DNA of 64,000 nucleotides from Escherichia coli (GTDB lineage Bacteria; Pseudomonadota; Gammaproteobacteria; Enterobacterales; Enterobacteriaceae): NCBI RefSeq assembly GCF_017348835.2, contig NZ_CP071375.1; one strand, given 5' to 3'. Each line of letters begins with the position of its first letter. Position 1 is the stretch's first letter. The notes under the pieces were generated by a model. That model ran no database searches and was not told the origin of the DNA. It was given only the letters and a program-made list of their open reading frames with translations. Positions 11,869 through 29,444 of this stretch are shown here, one piece after another. The position numbers and the translations under genes are program-made.

Positions 11869-12522
11869 TTACTTGCGAGTGACAGCCCGGACGATGCGGT
11901 CGCCTGCGAACTGAATTAAATAAACCAGAATGACCAGCAATACCAGTACCGTATTCATAACCGTCGCGTTGTAGCCGATGTAGCCATACTGATAGCCAAT
12001 CTGACCTAAACCACCGGCACCGACTGCACCACCCATCGCGGAATAACCGACCAGGGTAATCAGGGTGATAGTTGCCGCATTCACCAGACCCGGCAACGCT
12101 TCCGGTAACAGCACCTTACGGACGATCTGCATTGGAGTGGCACCCATTGCGCGGGAAGCTTCAATTAACCCGGTTGGGATCTCCAGAAGAGCGTTCTCGA
12201 CCATACGGGCAATAAACGGCGCTGCGCCAACGGTTAACGGAACAATCGCTGCCTGCAAACCAATCGATGTACCGACAATAACGCGGGTAAACGGAATCAT
12301 CCATACCAGCAAGATAATGAACGGGATGGAACGGAAAATGTTCACAATCGCAGAAACGGTACGATACAGCTTCGCGTTAGCAATAATTTGCCCCGGACGC
12401 GTGACATAAAGCAGGACGCCAACCGGCAGACCAATCACAAACCCAAAAAATCCGGATACGAAGGTCATTGCCAGCGTTTCCCATACGCCACGAACCAGCA
12501 GCCACATCATCGGCTCAGACAT
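11869..12522 (-). CDS. metI: D-methionine ABC transporter permease
   Basis: 217 aa hydrophobic ORF. Confidence 0.9.
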   Translation of the reverse strand: MSEPMMWLLVRGVWETLAMTFVSGFFGFVIGLPVGVLLYVTRPGQIIANAKLYRTVSAIVNIFRSIPFIILLVWMIPFTRVIVGTSIGLQAAIVPLTVGAAPFIARMVENALLEIPTGLIEASRAMGATPMQIVRKVLLPEALPGLVNAATITLITLVGYSAMGGAVGAGGLGQIGYQYGYIGYNATVMNTVLVLLVILVYLIQFAGDRIVRAVTRK

Positions 12523-13546
12523 AACCCAGTACCTCTACTTTTACATGGTGTTCCTGCAGCCAGGCAATGGCGGCTTGCGTATCTTGTTGTGTGCCATGCA
12601 TTTCAGTCAGCATGATGCCGAACTTAACGCCACCGGCGTAATCCATCTGCGCGCTAATAATGTTGTTGTTGACGTTAAAACGACGCGCGGTTTCAGAAAG
12701 CAGTGGGGCATCGACCGATTGACCGGTAAACTCCAGACGCAGCATCGGCACGCAGTCAGTGAATGGCTCCGCTTGCAGACGTTCCTGGTAATCTTCCGGG
12801 ATATCCAGATGCAGGGTTGACTGAATAAACTTCTGCGCCAGCGGCGTTTTCGGATGTGAGAACACTTCACTTACCGTGTCCTGCTCGATCAGTTCGCCAT
12901 TGCTGATGACCGCCACGCAATCACAAATGCGCTTCACAACGTCCATTTCGTGAGTGATCAACAGAATCGTCAAACCCAGACGGCGGTTGATGTCTTTCAG
13001 CAGTTCGAGAATAGAACGTGTCGTTGCCGGGTCCAGCGCGCTGGTGGCTTCATCACACAGCAATACTTTGGGATTGCTGGCTAATGCACGGGCAATCGCC
13101 ACACGTTGTTTCTGCCCACCGGAAAGATTCGACGGGTAGCTATCATGCTTATCGCCAAGACCAACCAATGACAGCAATTCCGTCACGCGACGTTTGATCT
13201 CGTCTTTCGGTGTGTTGTCCAGCTCCAGCGGCAGAGCCACGTTGCCAAAAACAGTACGCGAAGAGAGCAGGTTAAAATGCTGGAAAATCATACCAATCTG
13301 GCGGCGAGCTTTGGTCAACTCGGATTCTGACAGCGTGGTCAGTTCCTGTCCATCGACCAGCACGCTACCCTCGGTTGGGCGCTCCAGCAGGTTTACACAA
13401 CGTATAAGCGTACTCTTACCCGCGCCTGAGGCCCCGATAACGCCATAAATTTGTCCAGTTGGCACATGCAGGCTGACGTTGTTCAACGCCTGGATGGTGC
13501 GGGTGCCCTGGTGGAACACTTTGGTGATATTCGAAAGTTTTATCAT
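12515..13546 (-). CDS. metN: D-methionine ABC transporter ATPase
   Basis: Walker [10 protein letters not shown]; ABC signature LSGGQKQR; 343 aa. Confidence 0.9.
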   Translation of the reverse strand: MIKLSNITKVFHQGTRTIQALNNVSLHVPTGQIYGVIGASGAGKSTLIRCVNLLERPTEGSVLVDGQELTTLSESELTKARRQIGMIFQHFNLLSSRTVFGNVALPLELDNTPKDEIKRRVTELLSLVGLGDKHDSYPSNLSGGQKQRVAIARALASNPKVLLCDEATSALDPATTRSILELLKDINRRLGLTILLITHEMDVVKRICDCVAVISNGELIEQDTVSEVFSHPKTPLAQKFIQSTLHLDIPEDYQERLQAEPFTDCVPMLRLEFTGQSVDAPLLSETARRFNVNNNIISAQMDYAGGVKFGIMLTEMHGTQQDTQAAIAWLQEHHVKVEVLGYV

Positions 13547-13636
13547 TGAATATTTATTATCGTCATTAAGTTAGTCGTGGCATTTCGAATGCCTGAAACG
13601 GGCAACGCCGTCAATGAAATGGATGTTAAGGCATCC

Positions 13637-13644
13637 AGACGTCT
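13637..13644. promoter_or_regulatory. Candidate MetJ box (AGACGTCT) in the metNIQ promoter region
   Basis: Exact 8-mer agacgtct upstream of metN; only one clear box seen. Confidence 0.35.
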
Positions 13645-13733
13645 AAATCAATCAGGTTTATGCGAAGAGCACTTTCTTGCAGGTCGAAACATGCGATACT
13701 AGCGCCACATGCCTTATTAAGGAGCTATAAAAG

Positions 13734-14306
13734 GTGGCGAAGAGCGTACCCGCAATTTTTCTTGACCGTGATGGCACCATTAATGTCGATCACGGCTATG
13801 TCCATGAGATCGACAACTTTGAATTTATCGACGGTGTTATTGACGCCATGCGCGAGCTGAAAAAAATGGGCTTTGCGCTGGTGATAGTAACCAACCAGTC
13901 TGGCATTGCTCGCGGTAAATTTACTGAAGCACAGTTTGAAACGCTGACCGAGTGGATGGACTGGTCGCTGGCGGACCGCGATGTCGATCTGGATGGTATC
14001 TATTATTGCCCGCATCATCCGCAGGGTAGTGTTGAAGAGTTTCGCCAGGTCTGCGATTGCCGCAAACCACATCCGGGGATGCTTTTGTCAGCACGCGATT
14101 ATTTGCATATTGATATGGCCGCCTCTTATATGGTGGGCGATAAATTAGAAGATATGCAGGCAGCGGCTGCGGCGAACGTGGGAACAAAAGTGCTGGTGCG
14201 TACGGGTAAACCTATTACACCTGAAGCAGAAAACGCGGCAGATTGGGTGTTAAATAGCCTGGCAGACCTGCCGCAAGCGATAAAAAAGCAGCAAAAACCG
14301 GCGTAA
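13734..14306 (+). CDS. gmhB: D-glycero-D-manno-heptose 1,7-bisphosphate phosphatase
   Basis: 190 aa ORF; HAD motif FLDRDGT. Confidence 0.85.
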   Translation: MAKSVPAIFLDRDGTINVDHGYVHEIDNFEFIDGVIDAMRELKKMGFALVIVTNQSGIARGKFTEAQFETLTEWMDWSLADRDVDLDGIYYCPHHPQGSVEEFRQVCDCRKPHPGMLLSARDYLHIDMAASYMVGDKLEDMQAAAAANVGTKVLVRTGKPITPEAENAADWVLNSLADLPQAIKKQQKPA

Positions 14307-14309
14307 TGA

Positions 14310-14495
14310 TTAAAAGATGAGCGGTTGAAATAAAAATGCATTTTTCCGCTTGTCTTCCTGAGCCGACTCCCTATAATGCGCCTCCATCGACACGGCGGAT
14401 GTGAATCACTTCACACAAACAGCCTGTTCGGTTGAAGAGAAAAATCCTGAAATTCAGGGTTGACTCTGAAAGAGGAAAGCGTAATATACGCCACC
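14310..14495 (+). promoter_or_regulatory. rrn tandem promoters P1 and P2 with AT-rich UP region
   Basis: P1 -35 TTGTCT (14350-14355) and -10 TATAAT (14372-14377), GC-rich discriminator; P2 -35 TTGACT (14460-14465) and -10 TAATAT (14482-14487). Confidence 0.7.
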
Positions 14496-14525
14496 TCGCG
14501 ACAGTGCGCTAAAGCGCGTCGCAAC

Positions 14526-14538
14526 TGCTCTTTAACAA
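14526..14538 (+). promoter_or_regulatory. boxA antitermination element in the rrn leader
   Basis: tgctctttaacaa matches the boxA consensus. Confidence 0.6.
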
Positions 14539-14669
14539 TTTATCAGACAATCTGTGTGGGCACTCGAAGATACGGATTCTTAACGTCGCAAGACGAAAAA
14601 TGAATACCAAGTCTCAAGAGTGAACACGTAATTCATTACGAAGTTTAATTCTTTGAGCATCAAACTTTT

Positions 14670-16211
<1,542 letters not shown>

Positions 16212-16279
16212 CCTTAAAGAAGCGTACTTTGTAGTGCTCACACAGATTGTCTGATGAAAATGAGCAGTAAAACCTCTAC

Positions 16280-16356
<77 letters not shown>

Positions 16357-16398
16357 AATTTGCACGGCAAATTTGAAGAGGTTTTAACTACATGTTAT

Positions 16399-16474
16399 GG
16401 GGCTATAGCTCAGCTGGGAGAGCGCCTGCTTTGCACGCAGGAGGTCTGCGGTTCGATCCCGCATAGCTCCACCA
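16399..16474 (+). tRNA. alaV: tRNA-Ala (TGC)
   Basis: GGGGCTATAGCTCAG...CTCCACCA; anticodon loop TTTGCAC. Confidence 0.95.
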
Positions 16475-16657
16475 TCTCTGTAGTGATTAAATAAAAAATA
16501 CTTCAGAGTGTACCTGCAAAGGTTCACTGCGAAGTTTTGCTCTTTAAAAATCTGGATCAAGCTGAAAATTGAAACACTGAACAACGAGAGTTGTTCGTGA
16601 GTCTCTCAAATTTTCGCAACACGATGATGAATCGAAAGAAACATCTTCGGGTTGTGA

Positions 16658-19560
<2,903 letters not shown>

Positions 19561-19653
19561 ACAACGCCGAAGGTGTTTTGGCGGATTGAGAGAAGATTTT
19601 CAGCCTGATACAGATTAAATCAGAACGCAGAAGCGGTCTGATAAAACAGAATT

Positions 19654-19773
19654 TGCCTGGCGGCCGTAGCGCGGTGGTCCCACCTGACCCCATGCCGAAC
19701 TCAGAAGTGAAACGCCGTAGCGCCGATGGTAGTGTGGGGTCTCCCCATGCGAGAGTAGGGAACTGCCAGGCAT
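19654..19773 (+). rRNA. rrfH: 5S ribosomal RNA
   Basis: TGCCTGGCGGCCGTAGCGCGGTGG...GGAACTGCCAGGCAT; 120 nt. Confidence 0.95.
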
Positions 19774-19964
19774 CAAATTACGAAGAATGGCAATGACCTT
19801 TGAGGCAGTTCACTACTCGATAAGAGAGTAGGACAAAAGCGAAAGCTTTTGAACGTTGCGAAGCAACGGCCCGAAGGGTGAATCACGAAGTGATTCATAA
19901 ACTGCCAGGCATCAAATTAAGCAGTAAGCCGGTCATAAAACCGGTGGTTGTAAAAGAATTCGGT

Positions 19965-20041
19965 GGAGCGGTAGTTCAGTCGGTTAGAATACCTGCCTGT
20001 CACGCAGGGGGTCGCGGGTTCGAGTCCCGTCCGTTCCGCCA
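19965..20041 (+). tRNA. aspU: tRNA-Asp (GTC), distal tRNA of the rrn operon
   Basis: GGAGCGGTAGTTCAGTCGGTTAGAATACCTGCCTGTCACGCAGG...CCGCCA. Confidence 0.95.
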
Positions 20042-20050
20042 CTTATTAAG

Positions 20051-20085
20051 AAGCCTCGAGTTAACGCTCGAGGTTTTTTTTCGTC
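20051..20085 (+). terminator. rrn operon terminator
   Basis: Palindrome gcctcgagttaacgctcgaggc followed by T8. Confidence 0.6.
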
Positions 20086-20203
20086 TGTATATCTATTATT
20101 GCCAGAATCGCAAAAATCCTCTGCATTTTACGCTCTTTTTCCTCAACAGTCTGAAGCCCATAATCACCTCAGTTAACGAAAATAGCATTAAAAGAGGCAT
20201 ATT

Positions 20204-21007
20204 ATGGCTATCCCTGCATTTGGTTTAGGTACTTTCCGTCTGAAAGACGACGTTGTTATTTCATCTGTGAAAACGGCGCTTGAACTTGGTTATCGCGCAA
20301 TTGATACCGCACAAATCTATGATAACGAAGCCGCAGTAGGTCAGGCGATTGCAGAAAGTGGCGTGCCACGTCATGAACTCTACATCACCACTAAAATCTG
20401 GATTGAAAATCTCAGCAAAGACAAATTGATCCCAAGTCTGAAAGAGAGCCTGCAAAAATTGCGTACCGATTATGTTGATCTGACGCTAATCCACTGGCCG
20501 TCACCAAACGATGAAGTCTCTGTTGAAGAGTTTATGCAGGCGCTGCTGGAAGCCAAAAAACAAGGGCTGACGCGTGAGATCGGTATTTCCAACTTCACGA
20601 TCCCATTGATGGAAAAGGCGATTGCTGCTGTTGGCGCTGAAAACATCGCTACTAACCAGATTGAACTCTCTCCTTATCTGCAAAACCGTAAAGTGGTTGC
20701 CTGGGCTAAACAGCACGGCATCCATATTACTTCCTATATGACGCTGGCGTATGGTAAGGCCCTGAAAGATGAGGTTATTGCTCGTATCGCAGCTAAACAC
20801 AATGCGACTCCGGCACAAGTGATTCTGGCGTGGGCTATGGGGGAAGGTTACTCAGTAATTCCTTCTTCTACTAAACGTAAAAACCTGGAAAGTAATCTTA
20901 AGGCACAAAATTTACAGCTTGATGCCGAAGATAAAAAAGCGATCGCCGCACTGGATTGCAACGACCGCCTGGTTAGCCCGGAAGGTCTGGCTCCTGAATG
21001 GGATTAA
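20204..21007 (+). CDS. dkgB: 2,5-diketo-D-gluconate reductase B (aldo-keto reductase)
   Basis: 267 aa AKR-family ORF; synteny. Confidence 0.85.
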   Translation: MAIPAFGLGTFRLKDDVVISSVKTALELGYRAIDTAQIYDNEAAVGQAIAESGVPRHELYITTKIWIENLSKDKLIPSLKESLQKLRTDYVDLTLIHWPSPNDEVSVEEFMQALLEAKKQGLTREIGISNFTIPLMEKAIAAVGAENIATNQIELSPYLQNRKVVAWAKQHGIHITSYMTLAYGKALKDEVIARIAAKHNATPAQVILAWAMGEGYSVIPSSTKRKNLESNLKAQNLQLDAEDKKAIAALDCNDRLVSPEGLAPEWD

Positions 21008-21918
21008 GCCTCTCTGACAGCTCCTCCGGGAGCTGTTTTTACATGCTCGCTAAGGAAATCGATAAAAGCCCGGATGCGCGTACTTACCGCACGGTCGCTG
21101 TAATAGACTGCACTGAATGGCATTTCCACTGGCAACACTTTATCTGCCATTAACTCCACCAATTCTCCGCGAGCGATTTCTCTATCGATCATATAGTCGG
21201 ACAAACACGCAATCCCGTTGCCACTCAGGCAAAGCTGTTTCAGTGTTTCCCCACTATTGGATGACAAACCGTACTTCACCTCATGTAATTGTCCATCGCT
21301 ACAGGCTATCGGCCAGGTATTGAGGGAAGCGGGTTCAGTGAATCCCAGGCAAACATGTTGCTTTAAATCGTCGATCGTTTCTGGCTTCCCGTAGCGGGAA
21401 ATATAATCGGGGGAGGCGATAATTTTTCGATAACTGTTAAATAACGGCCTGGCACGTAAGCTGGAATCCGTTAACGTACCAGCGCGTATCGCGACATCCA
21501 CTTTTCTTTCGATCAAATTAATAATCGTTTCGGAGGAGACTAGCGACAAAGTGACTTCCGGATAGCGTTCACGGAAAGGCTTAATTAACGGCATCAGAAA
21601 GTGCAGCACCACTGGAGTTGCGGCATCGATCCGTAACAGTCCACGCGGTGTATTACGCGTCTCCATAATTTCTGATTCTGCCGCTGCCATCTCCTGCAAA
21701 ATTGACTGTACGCGACGGAAATAACGCTCGCCTTCTTCCGTCAGGCTAAGTTGTCGCGTGGTCCGATTAAGCAGGCTAACGCCAAGTTTCATCTCCAGCT
21801 TTTTCACCGCCCGGCTTACCGCTGAGTTTGCTTGCCCTAATTGTTCCGCTGCCCGGCTAAAGCTGCCGCTTTCTACGACCGAAACAAAAATGGCGAGTTC
21901 TTCCGACGTGGCTTTCAT
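21004..21918 (-). CDS. yafC: LysR-family transcriptional regulator
   Basis: 304 aa ORF with N-terminal HTH, divergent from yafD. Confidence 0.8.
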   Translation of the reverse strand: MKATSEELAIFVSVVESGSFSRAAEQLGQANSAVSRAVKKLEMKLGVSLLNRTTRQLSLTEEGERYFRRVQSILQEMAAAESEIMETRNTPRGLLRIDAATPVVLHFLMPLIKPFRERYPEVTLSLVSSETIINLIERKVDVAIRAGTLTDSSLRARPLFNSYRKIIASPDYISRYGKPETIDDLKQHVCLGFTEPASLNTWPIACSDGQLHEVKYGLSSNSGETLKQLCLSGNGIACLSDYMIDREIARGELVELMADKVLPVEMPFSAVYYSDRAVSTRIRAFIDFLSEHVKTAPGGAVREA

Positions 21919-22107
21919 TTTTGCTCCTGTTGCAAAATAGAAGAGATATTTTGAATTTATTTGTCATTAAACCATCAGGATGCGTGATATGTCATCCGAT
22001 TTAATGTTCTCAATAATGAGCAAAATTCTGACCGGTGTAAGCACTTGCTTACATAACAATATACAATTGCTCGTTGAAAGAGTGAGCTAAAATCCCTATA
22101 ACAGTAG

Positions 22108-22959
<852 letters not shown>

Positions 22960-23036
22960 GGTATGTCAGGTCTGCCACAGGGCAGACCAACATTTGGCGC
23001 TGCCCTTTTATACTCAAATAACAAAAGGACAGCGCA

Positions 23037-23807
23037 ATGACAATACAATCCCACCATGACCATGTAGAAAAGCAGTTTAGCTCTCAAGCCAGCGAATATC
23101 TGACCAGTACCGTACATGCATTCGGACGAGATTTACAGCGCCTGGCGGTGTGTCTGGCTGATTATCCTGATGCAAGTGTACTTGATATGGGCTGCGGAGC
23201 AGGGCATGCCAGTTTTGTCGCTGCGCAAAACGTGAGCACGGTGGTGGCGTATGACTTATCTGCCCAAATGCTGGATGTCGTGGCACAAGCTGCCGAAGTC
23301 CGGCAACTGAAAAATATCACCACCCGCCAGGGTTATGCCGAAAGTCTGCCATTTGCCGATAACGCATTTGATATTGTTATCAGCCGTTATTCTGCCCATC
23401 ACTGGCATGATGTTGGTGCAGCATTGCGTGAAGTGAACCGGATATTGAAACCTGGCGGTAGGCTGATTGTGATGGACGTAATGTCTCCGGGGCACCCAGT
23501 GCGCGACATCTGGTTACAGACGGTAGAAGCATTACGCGATACCTCTCACGTACGAAACTACGCCAGCGGTGAGTGGTTGACGTTAATCAATGAAGCCAAT
23601 CTGATAGTTGATCATTTAATCACGGATAAGTTACCGCTGGAATTTTCTTCATGGGTCGCGAGAATGCGTACGCCAGAAGCGTTAGTAGACGCTATTCGCA
23701 TTTACCAACAGAGCGCATCGACAGAGGTGAAAACGTATTTTGCTTTGCAGAATGATGGCTCTTTCACCAGTGATATCATCATGGTAGAAGCACATAAATC
23801 GGCATAA
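23037..23807 (+). CDS. yafE: SAM-dependent methyltransferase
   Basis: Motif I LDMGCGAGH; 256 aa. Confidence 0.75.
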   Translation: MTIQSHHDHVEKQFSSQASEYLTSTVHAFGRDLQRLAVCLADYPDASVLDMGCGAGHASFVAAQNVSTVVAYDLSAQMLDVVAQAAEVRQLKNITTRQGYAESLPFADNAFDIVISRYSAHHWHDVGAALREVNRILKPGGRLIVMDVMSPGHPVRDIWLQTVEALRDTSHVRNYASGEWLTLINEANLIVDHLITDKLPLEFSSWVARMRTPEALVDAIRIYQQSASTEVKTYFALQNDGSFTSDIIMVEAHKSA

Positions 23808-23814
23808 ATGAAAA

Positions 23815-23840
23815 AGGCACCGGGGGAATCGGTGCCTTTC
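23815..23840. terminator. Bidirectional terminator between yafE and mltD
   Basis: Palindrome ggcaccgggggaatcggtgcc. Confidence 0.5.
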
Positions 23841-23854
23841 TATTATCTGGTTTG

Positions 23855-25213
23855 TCAGGAGTCTGGCATGCTGTTGTTTTTCACAAACAACGTCAGCTTA
23901 TCGCCTGGTTGCAGATTCGCAGTATCGCTGTTCCAGCGCATCACATCTTTGATGTTCACGCCGTGGCGTTTAGCAATGCTTGAAAGCGAATCGCCTTTGC
24001 GTACACGATACGTAATGCTATCGCTGTTGTTTGCCAGTCGCTGTGCGCTACTGCCTGCACCAATCGTCAAACTTTGGCCTGGCTTCAGCTTAGATCCGCG
24101 CAGTTTGTTCCACTGCTGCAAATCTTTGGTGCTTACGCCGAGACGTGAAGCGATACTTGAAAGCGTGTCGCCAGAGCGTACTGTGTAAACACGGCTGTTA
24201 AGCGGCGTATTGTCGGCAACCAGCGTCGACTGTACAGCAGCAATTTCGCCTGAAGCCAGAGATTCACGCAGTTGATCTGCATGCTTCTTTGGCACCATCA
24301 CGTATTGCGGACCACTTGCGCCCAGCGTGGAGCCTTTCACGCCAGCGTTGAATGTCTTCAGCTTGCTGACGGAAATCCCCGCCATATCTGCAACCTTCGC
24401 CATTTCAACCGGGCTGCTCAGGTGCACACGCGCCAGAGCACGGCTTTCATCGGTCGTTGGCAGACGTACGCCATAACGCTTGCTGTTTTTGAGAATATCA
24501 CTCAATGCCAGCATTTTAGGCACGTACTGCTTCGTTTCCTGCGGCAACGGTAACGACCAGAAGTCCGTGGATTTCCCACGCGCTTTGTTCGTTTTAATTG
24601 CCTTCATGACCCGACCTTCGCCGCTGTTATAAGCCGCTACGGTCAGAAGCCAGTCGCCGTCAAACATTTTGTTCAGACGCTGCATCATGTTCAGCGCGGC
24701 AGTTGTTGAAGCAACAACATCGCGACGCGCGTCATAATTGCGGGTCTGTTTCAAACCATAATTGCGCCCCGTGCTCGGAATGATCTGCCAGATGCCTGCG
24801 GCATTGGCGCCAGACGTTGCGTGAGGATCAAAAGCGCTCTCCACTATGGGTAGTAGTACCAGTTCCATAGGCATGTTACGTTTTTTAACTTGCCCGGCTA
24901 TCCAGTACATATACGGCTCTGCCCGTAAAGTTACATCGTGGAGATAGCTCTTATTGCGTAAATATTTCTGTTTCTGTTCGCGAATCCGGTCATTTTCCGG
25001 AATTCCCATCTTTAGCTCGTCGCCAATGAAAGCCCACAAGTCACCATCTGGCGCGATAGACGTCCCATCGTCCATCCATCGTGCCTGACTTGTAAACTTT
25101 GCTGCTTCCCCTTGACCAGCTGCAGAAAGGCTCTGTGCGTGCTGTTGAACGTTGCCGGTACTCTGGCAACCCACGAGCAGGACAGAGGCGAGTAATATCG
25201 CTTTTGCCTTCAT
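23855..25213 (-). CDS. mltD: Membrane-bound lytic murein transglycosylase D
   Basis: 452 aa ORF; lipoprotein signal LVGC; C-terminal LysM repeats. Confidence 0.85.
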   Translation of the reverse strand: MKAKAILLASVLLVGCQSTGNVQQHAQSLSAAGQGEAAKFTSQARWMDDGTSIAPDGDLWAFIGDELKMGIPENDRIREQKQKYLRNKSYLHDVTLRAEPYMYWIAGQVKKRNMPMELVLLPIVESAFDPHATSGANAAGIWQIIPSTGRNYGLKQTRNYDARRDVVASTTAALNMMQRLNKMFDGDWLLTVAAYNSGEGRVMKAIKTNKARGKSTDFWSLPLPQETKQYVPKMLALSDILKNSKRYGVRLPTTDESRALARVHLSSPVEMAKVADMAGISVSKLKTFNAGVKGSTLGASGPQYVMVPKKHADQLRESLASGEIAAVQSTLVADNTPLNSRVYTVRSGDTLSSIASRLGVSTKDLQQWNKLRGSKLKPGQSLTIGAGSSAQRLANNSDSITYRVRKGDSLSSIAKRHGVNIKDVMRWNSDTANLQPGDKLTLFVKNNSMPDS

Positions 25214-25284
25214 GTGTGTGTCAATAGTTGCTTAAAAGACGACCGATCATAACGGCGAACGGAGCCGATGACAAGAAAGTTTTA

Positions 25285-26034
<750 letters not shown>

Positions 26035-26046
26035 TTACCTCTCAGT

Positions 26047-26787
26047 GTGAAACGGAAGGTTGTGATGAAACCGGCAAGAGTCCCTCAAACTGTCGTGGCT
26101 CCTGATTGCTGGGGCGATTTGCCCTGGGGAGAGCTTTATCGCAAGGCGCTGGAGCGCCAGCTCAACCCATGGTTCACGAAAATGTATGGTTTTCATCTGC
26201 TTAAGATTGGCAATTTAAGCGCAGAAATCAATTGCGAAGCGTGCGCGGTTTCTCATCAAGTGAATGTTTCTGCTCAAGGAATGCCCGTCCAGGTGCAGGC
26301 GGATCCACTTCATCTTCCTTTTGCCGATAAATCCGTTGATGTTTGTCTATTGGCACATACATTGCCGTGGTGCACCGATCCGCATCGTTTATTGCGTGAA
26401 GCCGATCGGGTATTGATTGATGATGGCTGGCTGGTGATTAGTGGCTTCAATCCCATTAGTTTAATGGGATTACGCAAACTTGTGCCGGTATTGCGAAAAA
26501 CCTCGCCCTATAACAGCCGGATGTTTACTCTGATGCGGCAACTGGACTGGCTCTCTTTGTTGAATTTTGAAGTGCTGCACGCCAGCCGTTTCCATGTTCT
26601 CCCGTGGAACAAACACGGAGGAAAACTATTGAATGCGCATATTCCTGCGCTTGGTTGCTTACAACTTATTGTTGCCCGGAAACGGACTATTCCTTTAACG
26701 CTAAACCCGATGAAACAGAGTAAAAACAAGCCACGAATTCGCCAGGCGGTTGGAGCCACCCGGCAATGTCGTAAACCACAGGCTTAA
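26047..26787 (+). CDS. yafS: Putative SAM-dependent methyltransferase YafS
   Basis: 246 aa ORF; synteny; true start may be a few codons downstream. Confidence 0.7.
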
Positions 26788-27251
26788 ACTTCGACTTGGT
26801 AGCCCGTATCTTCCAGTGTGGGGTTCATCGCCGCGGCACGAGCCAGTTCATCACAGCGTTCGTTTTCCGGGTGTCCGGCATGGCCTTTAACCCATTCCCA
26901 TTTGATTTGATGCTGCCCCAATGCAGCATCAAGACGTTGCCAGAGATCGACATTTTTTACTGGTTTTTTGTCTGCTGTTTTCCAGCCACGTTTTTTCCAG
27001 TTATGGATCCACTGGGTGATACCCTGGCGGACATACTGGCTGTCGGTACTCAAAATGACTTCGCAATGTTCTTTTAACGCCTCCAGCGCGACAATAGCGG
27101 CCATCAACTCCATACGGTTGTTGGTGGTGCGGGTGTAGCCTGCGCTAAAGGTTTTCTCGCGTCCGCGATAGCGTAAAATAGCGCCGTAACCCCCAGGTCC
27201 AGGATTACCCAGACACGAACCATCGGTGAAAATTTCTACCTGTTTAAGCAT
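26784..27251 (-). CDS. rnhA: Ribonuclease HI
   Basis: ORF 26784..27362; true start [23 protein letters not shown] gives 155 aa. Confidence 0.9.
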
Positions 27252-27315
27252 CTCTGGTAGACTTCCTGTAATTGAATCGAACTGTAAAACGACAAGTCTG
27301 ACATAAATGACCGCT

Positions 27316-28047
27316 ATGAGCACTGCAATTACACGCCAGATCGTTCTCGATACCGAAACCACCGGTATGAACCAGATTGGTGCGCACTATGAAGGCCACA
27401 AGATCATTGAGATTGGTGCCGTTGAAGTGGTGAACCGTCGCCTGACGGGCAATAACTTCCATGTTTATCTCAAACCCGATCGGCTGGTGGATCCGGAAGC
27501 CTTTGGCGTACATGGTATTGCCGATGAATTTTTGCTCGATAAGCCCACGTTTGCCGAAGTAGCCGATGAGTTCATGGACTATATCCGCGGCGCGGAGTTG
27601 GTGATCCATAACGCAGCGTTCGATATCGGCTTTATGGACTACGAGTTCTCGTTGCTCAAGCGCGATATTCCGAAGACTAATACCTTCTGTAAGGTCACCG
27701 ATAGCCTTGCGGTGGCGAGGAAAATGTTTCCCGGTAAACGCAACAGCCTCGATGCGTTATGTGCCCGCTACGAAATAGATAACAGTAAACGAACGCTGCA
27801 CGGGGCATTACTTGATGCCCAGATCCTTGCGGAAGTTTATCTGGCGATGACCGGTGGTCAAACGTCGATGGCTTTTGCGATGGAAGGAGAGACACAGCAG
27901 CAACAAGGTGAAGCAACAATTCAGCGCATTGTACGTCAGGCAAGTAAGTTACGCGTTGTTTTTGCGACAGATGAAGAGCTTGCAGCTCATGAAGCCCGTC
28001 TTGATCTGGTGCAGAAGAAGGGCGGAAGCTGCCTCTGGCGGGCATAA
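27316..28047 (+). CDS. dnaQ: DNA polymerase III epsilon (proofreading) subunit
   Basis: [17 protein letters not shown] exonuclease motif; divergent from rnhA. Confidence 0.9.
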
Positions 28048-28179
28048 ATACATGTAAAAGGCGCTAAAAATAGCGACTTGGGCGATTTTTGCAGCAAACG
28101 ATTCAAAAGATGAGAAAAACCGTTGACGAAGGTCGAGGCAATCCGTAATATTCGCCTCGTTCCCAACGGAACACAACGC

Positions 28180-28256
28180 GGAGCGGTAGTTCAGTCGGTT
28201 AGAATACCTGCCTGTCACGCAGGGGGTCGCGGGTTCGAGTCCCGTCCGTTCCGCCA
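28180..28256 (+). tRNA. aspV: tRNA-Asp (GTC)
   Basis: Identical in sequence to the tRNA-Asp at 19965-20041. Confidence 0.95.
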
Positions 28257-28387
28257 ATATTCAGAAAGCCCGAATCAGTAATGATTCGGGCTTTCGTCGT
28301 TTTGGTGAAGTGAGAATTTTTCACTCCGGAAGTAAAACGGATATGATTTAAAAAATGGCCAGACATTATAAATTCTGGCCACTTCTG

Positions 28388-29434
28388 TTACTCCAGCGCA
28401 TCCCATTTCTCCAGCAGTTCTACTGGAATTTCATTTATTACCTCCGAGAAGCGTTTTCCGACCAGGCGTTCTGCCTGGCGCAGCAAAGGAATGGACGGGC
28501 TGCTCGGTTCGCTGTGCTCAAACCAGCGACGGATAACACGCAGGCGTTCCAGCGCGTCGTTCCGGTCGCGGATCTGCCGGGGTTCTGCGCCGGTCATCGG
28601 TGATATTTCCTCCGAGATACGCACCGGTAGCGCAATCTGCTCTGCCTGCATCTGTTCAGTATGATCGATGGTGGCGTTCTCCGGCTGTTCAGCCTGTGGT
28701 TGTGGCAGGATCTCCGGCGTGGTGCTCTGCACTGCTCCCGGCAACAGGGCTAGCAGTTGCGTCAGACGGGAGAAGTCCGGTGCCTGGTCATTCAGCGTTT
28801 CACGCGCATGGTGTTGCAGCCGCTCAGTGGTCTCTGCTGCCTGGCGAAAGGCATCCAGCGGCAGTGTGCCGCGCGCTTCCAGGTCTGCCAGTTGCTGGCG
28901 TACCGATTCTGGTGCCAGCGCATCCGCCGGACGTAATGCAGATAGCGAACGCTCCACATCCCGTACCTGAAGGCGCATGACAGCATTATTTGACAGTGTA
29001 ATGCCACGAATATCCGCCATTACGCCTTCGTGGTCCAGCAACGCCGCCAGCGCGTTACTGCGTGCCACCGCAGCATCTTCGGCGGTGATATCTTCAGTCG
29101 CGAGCAGTTGAGGATGGATGGCGTCCGGGTACGTGGCGCACAACGTTTCCAGCAGCGTGAGCGTCTCCGCCAGTCCCCTGGCACCGGCCTGCTGGATACG
29201 GCAGCGCAGCAGGACAACCAGAATGCGGATATCTTTGCTGCGCATCAGCAGACGATGGGCGTCCCGCTCAAGCTCCGCCCAGTTAATGTTTTCAGGCGTA
29301 CTGACAAAATCGCCATATTGCGCTTCTTCACGCGGTGCGGCGCGGGTGAACAGCAGCAGGTATTCCGGATCGTACTCCAGATCCGGGCCGCAGGGGCATT
29401 CCGCCGAAATTGGGTCAGACAGGAATATTTCCAT
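28388..29434 (-). CDS. tssA: T6SS TssA-family protein (ImpA N-terminal domain)
   Basis: 348 aa; N-terminal LSDPISAECPCGPDLEYDPEYLL resembles the ImpA_N domain; adjacent to tssG/tssF. Confidence 0.55.
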   Translation of the reverse strand: MEIFLSDPISAECPCGPDLEYDPEYLLLFTRAAPREEAQYGDFVSTPENINWAELERDAHRLLMRSKDIRILVVLLRCRIQQAGARGLAETLTLLETLCATYPDAIHPQLLATEDITAEDAAVARSNALAALLDHEGVMADIRGITLSNNAVMRLQVRDVERSLSALRPADALAPESVRQQLADLEARGTLPLDAFRQAAETTERLQHHARETLNDQAPDFSRLTQLLALLPGAVQSTTPEILPQPQAEQPENATIDHTEQMQAEQIALPVRISEEISPMTGAEPRQIRDRNDALERLRVIRRWFEHSEPSSPSIPLLRQAERLVGKRFSEVINEIPVELLEKWDALE

Positions 29435-29444
29435 TTAATTATCC

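Noticed and set aside
19759-19920. Duplicated 5S 3'-end motif (aactgccaggcatcaaatta at 19759-19780 and 19900-19919)
   Set aside because: This is a feature of the distal rrn region before the trailing tRNA, not a novel repeat or a second 5S gene
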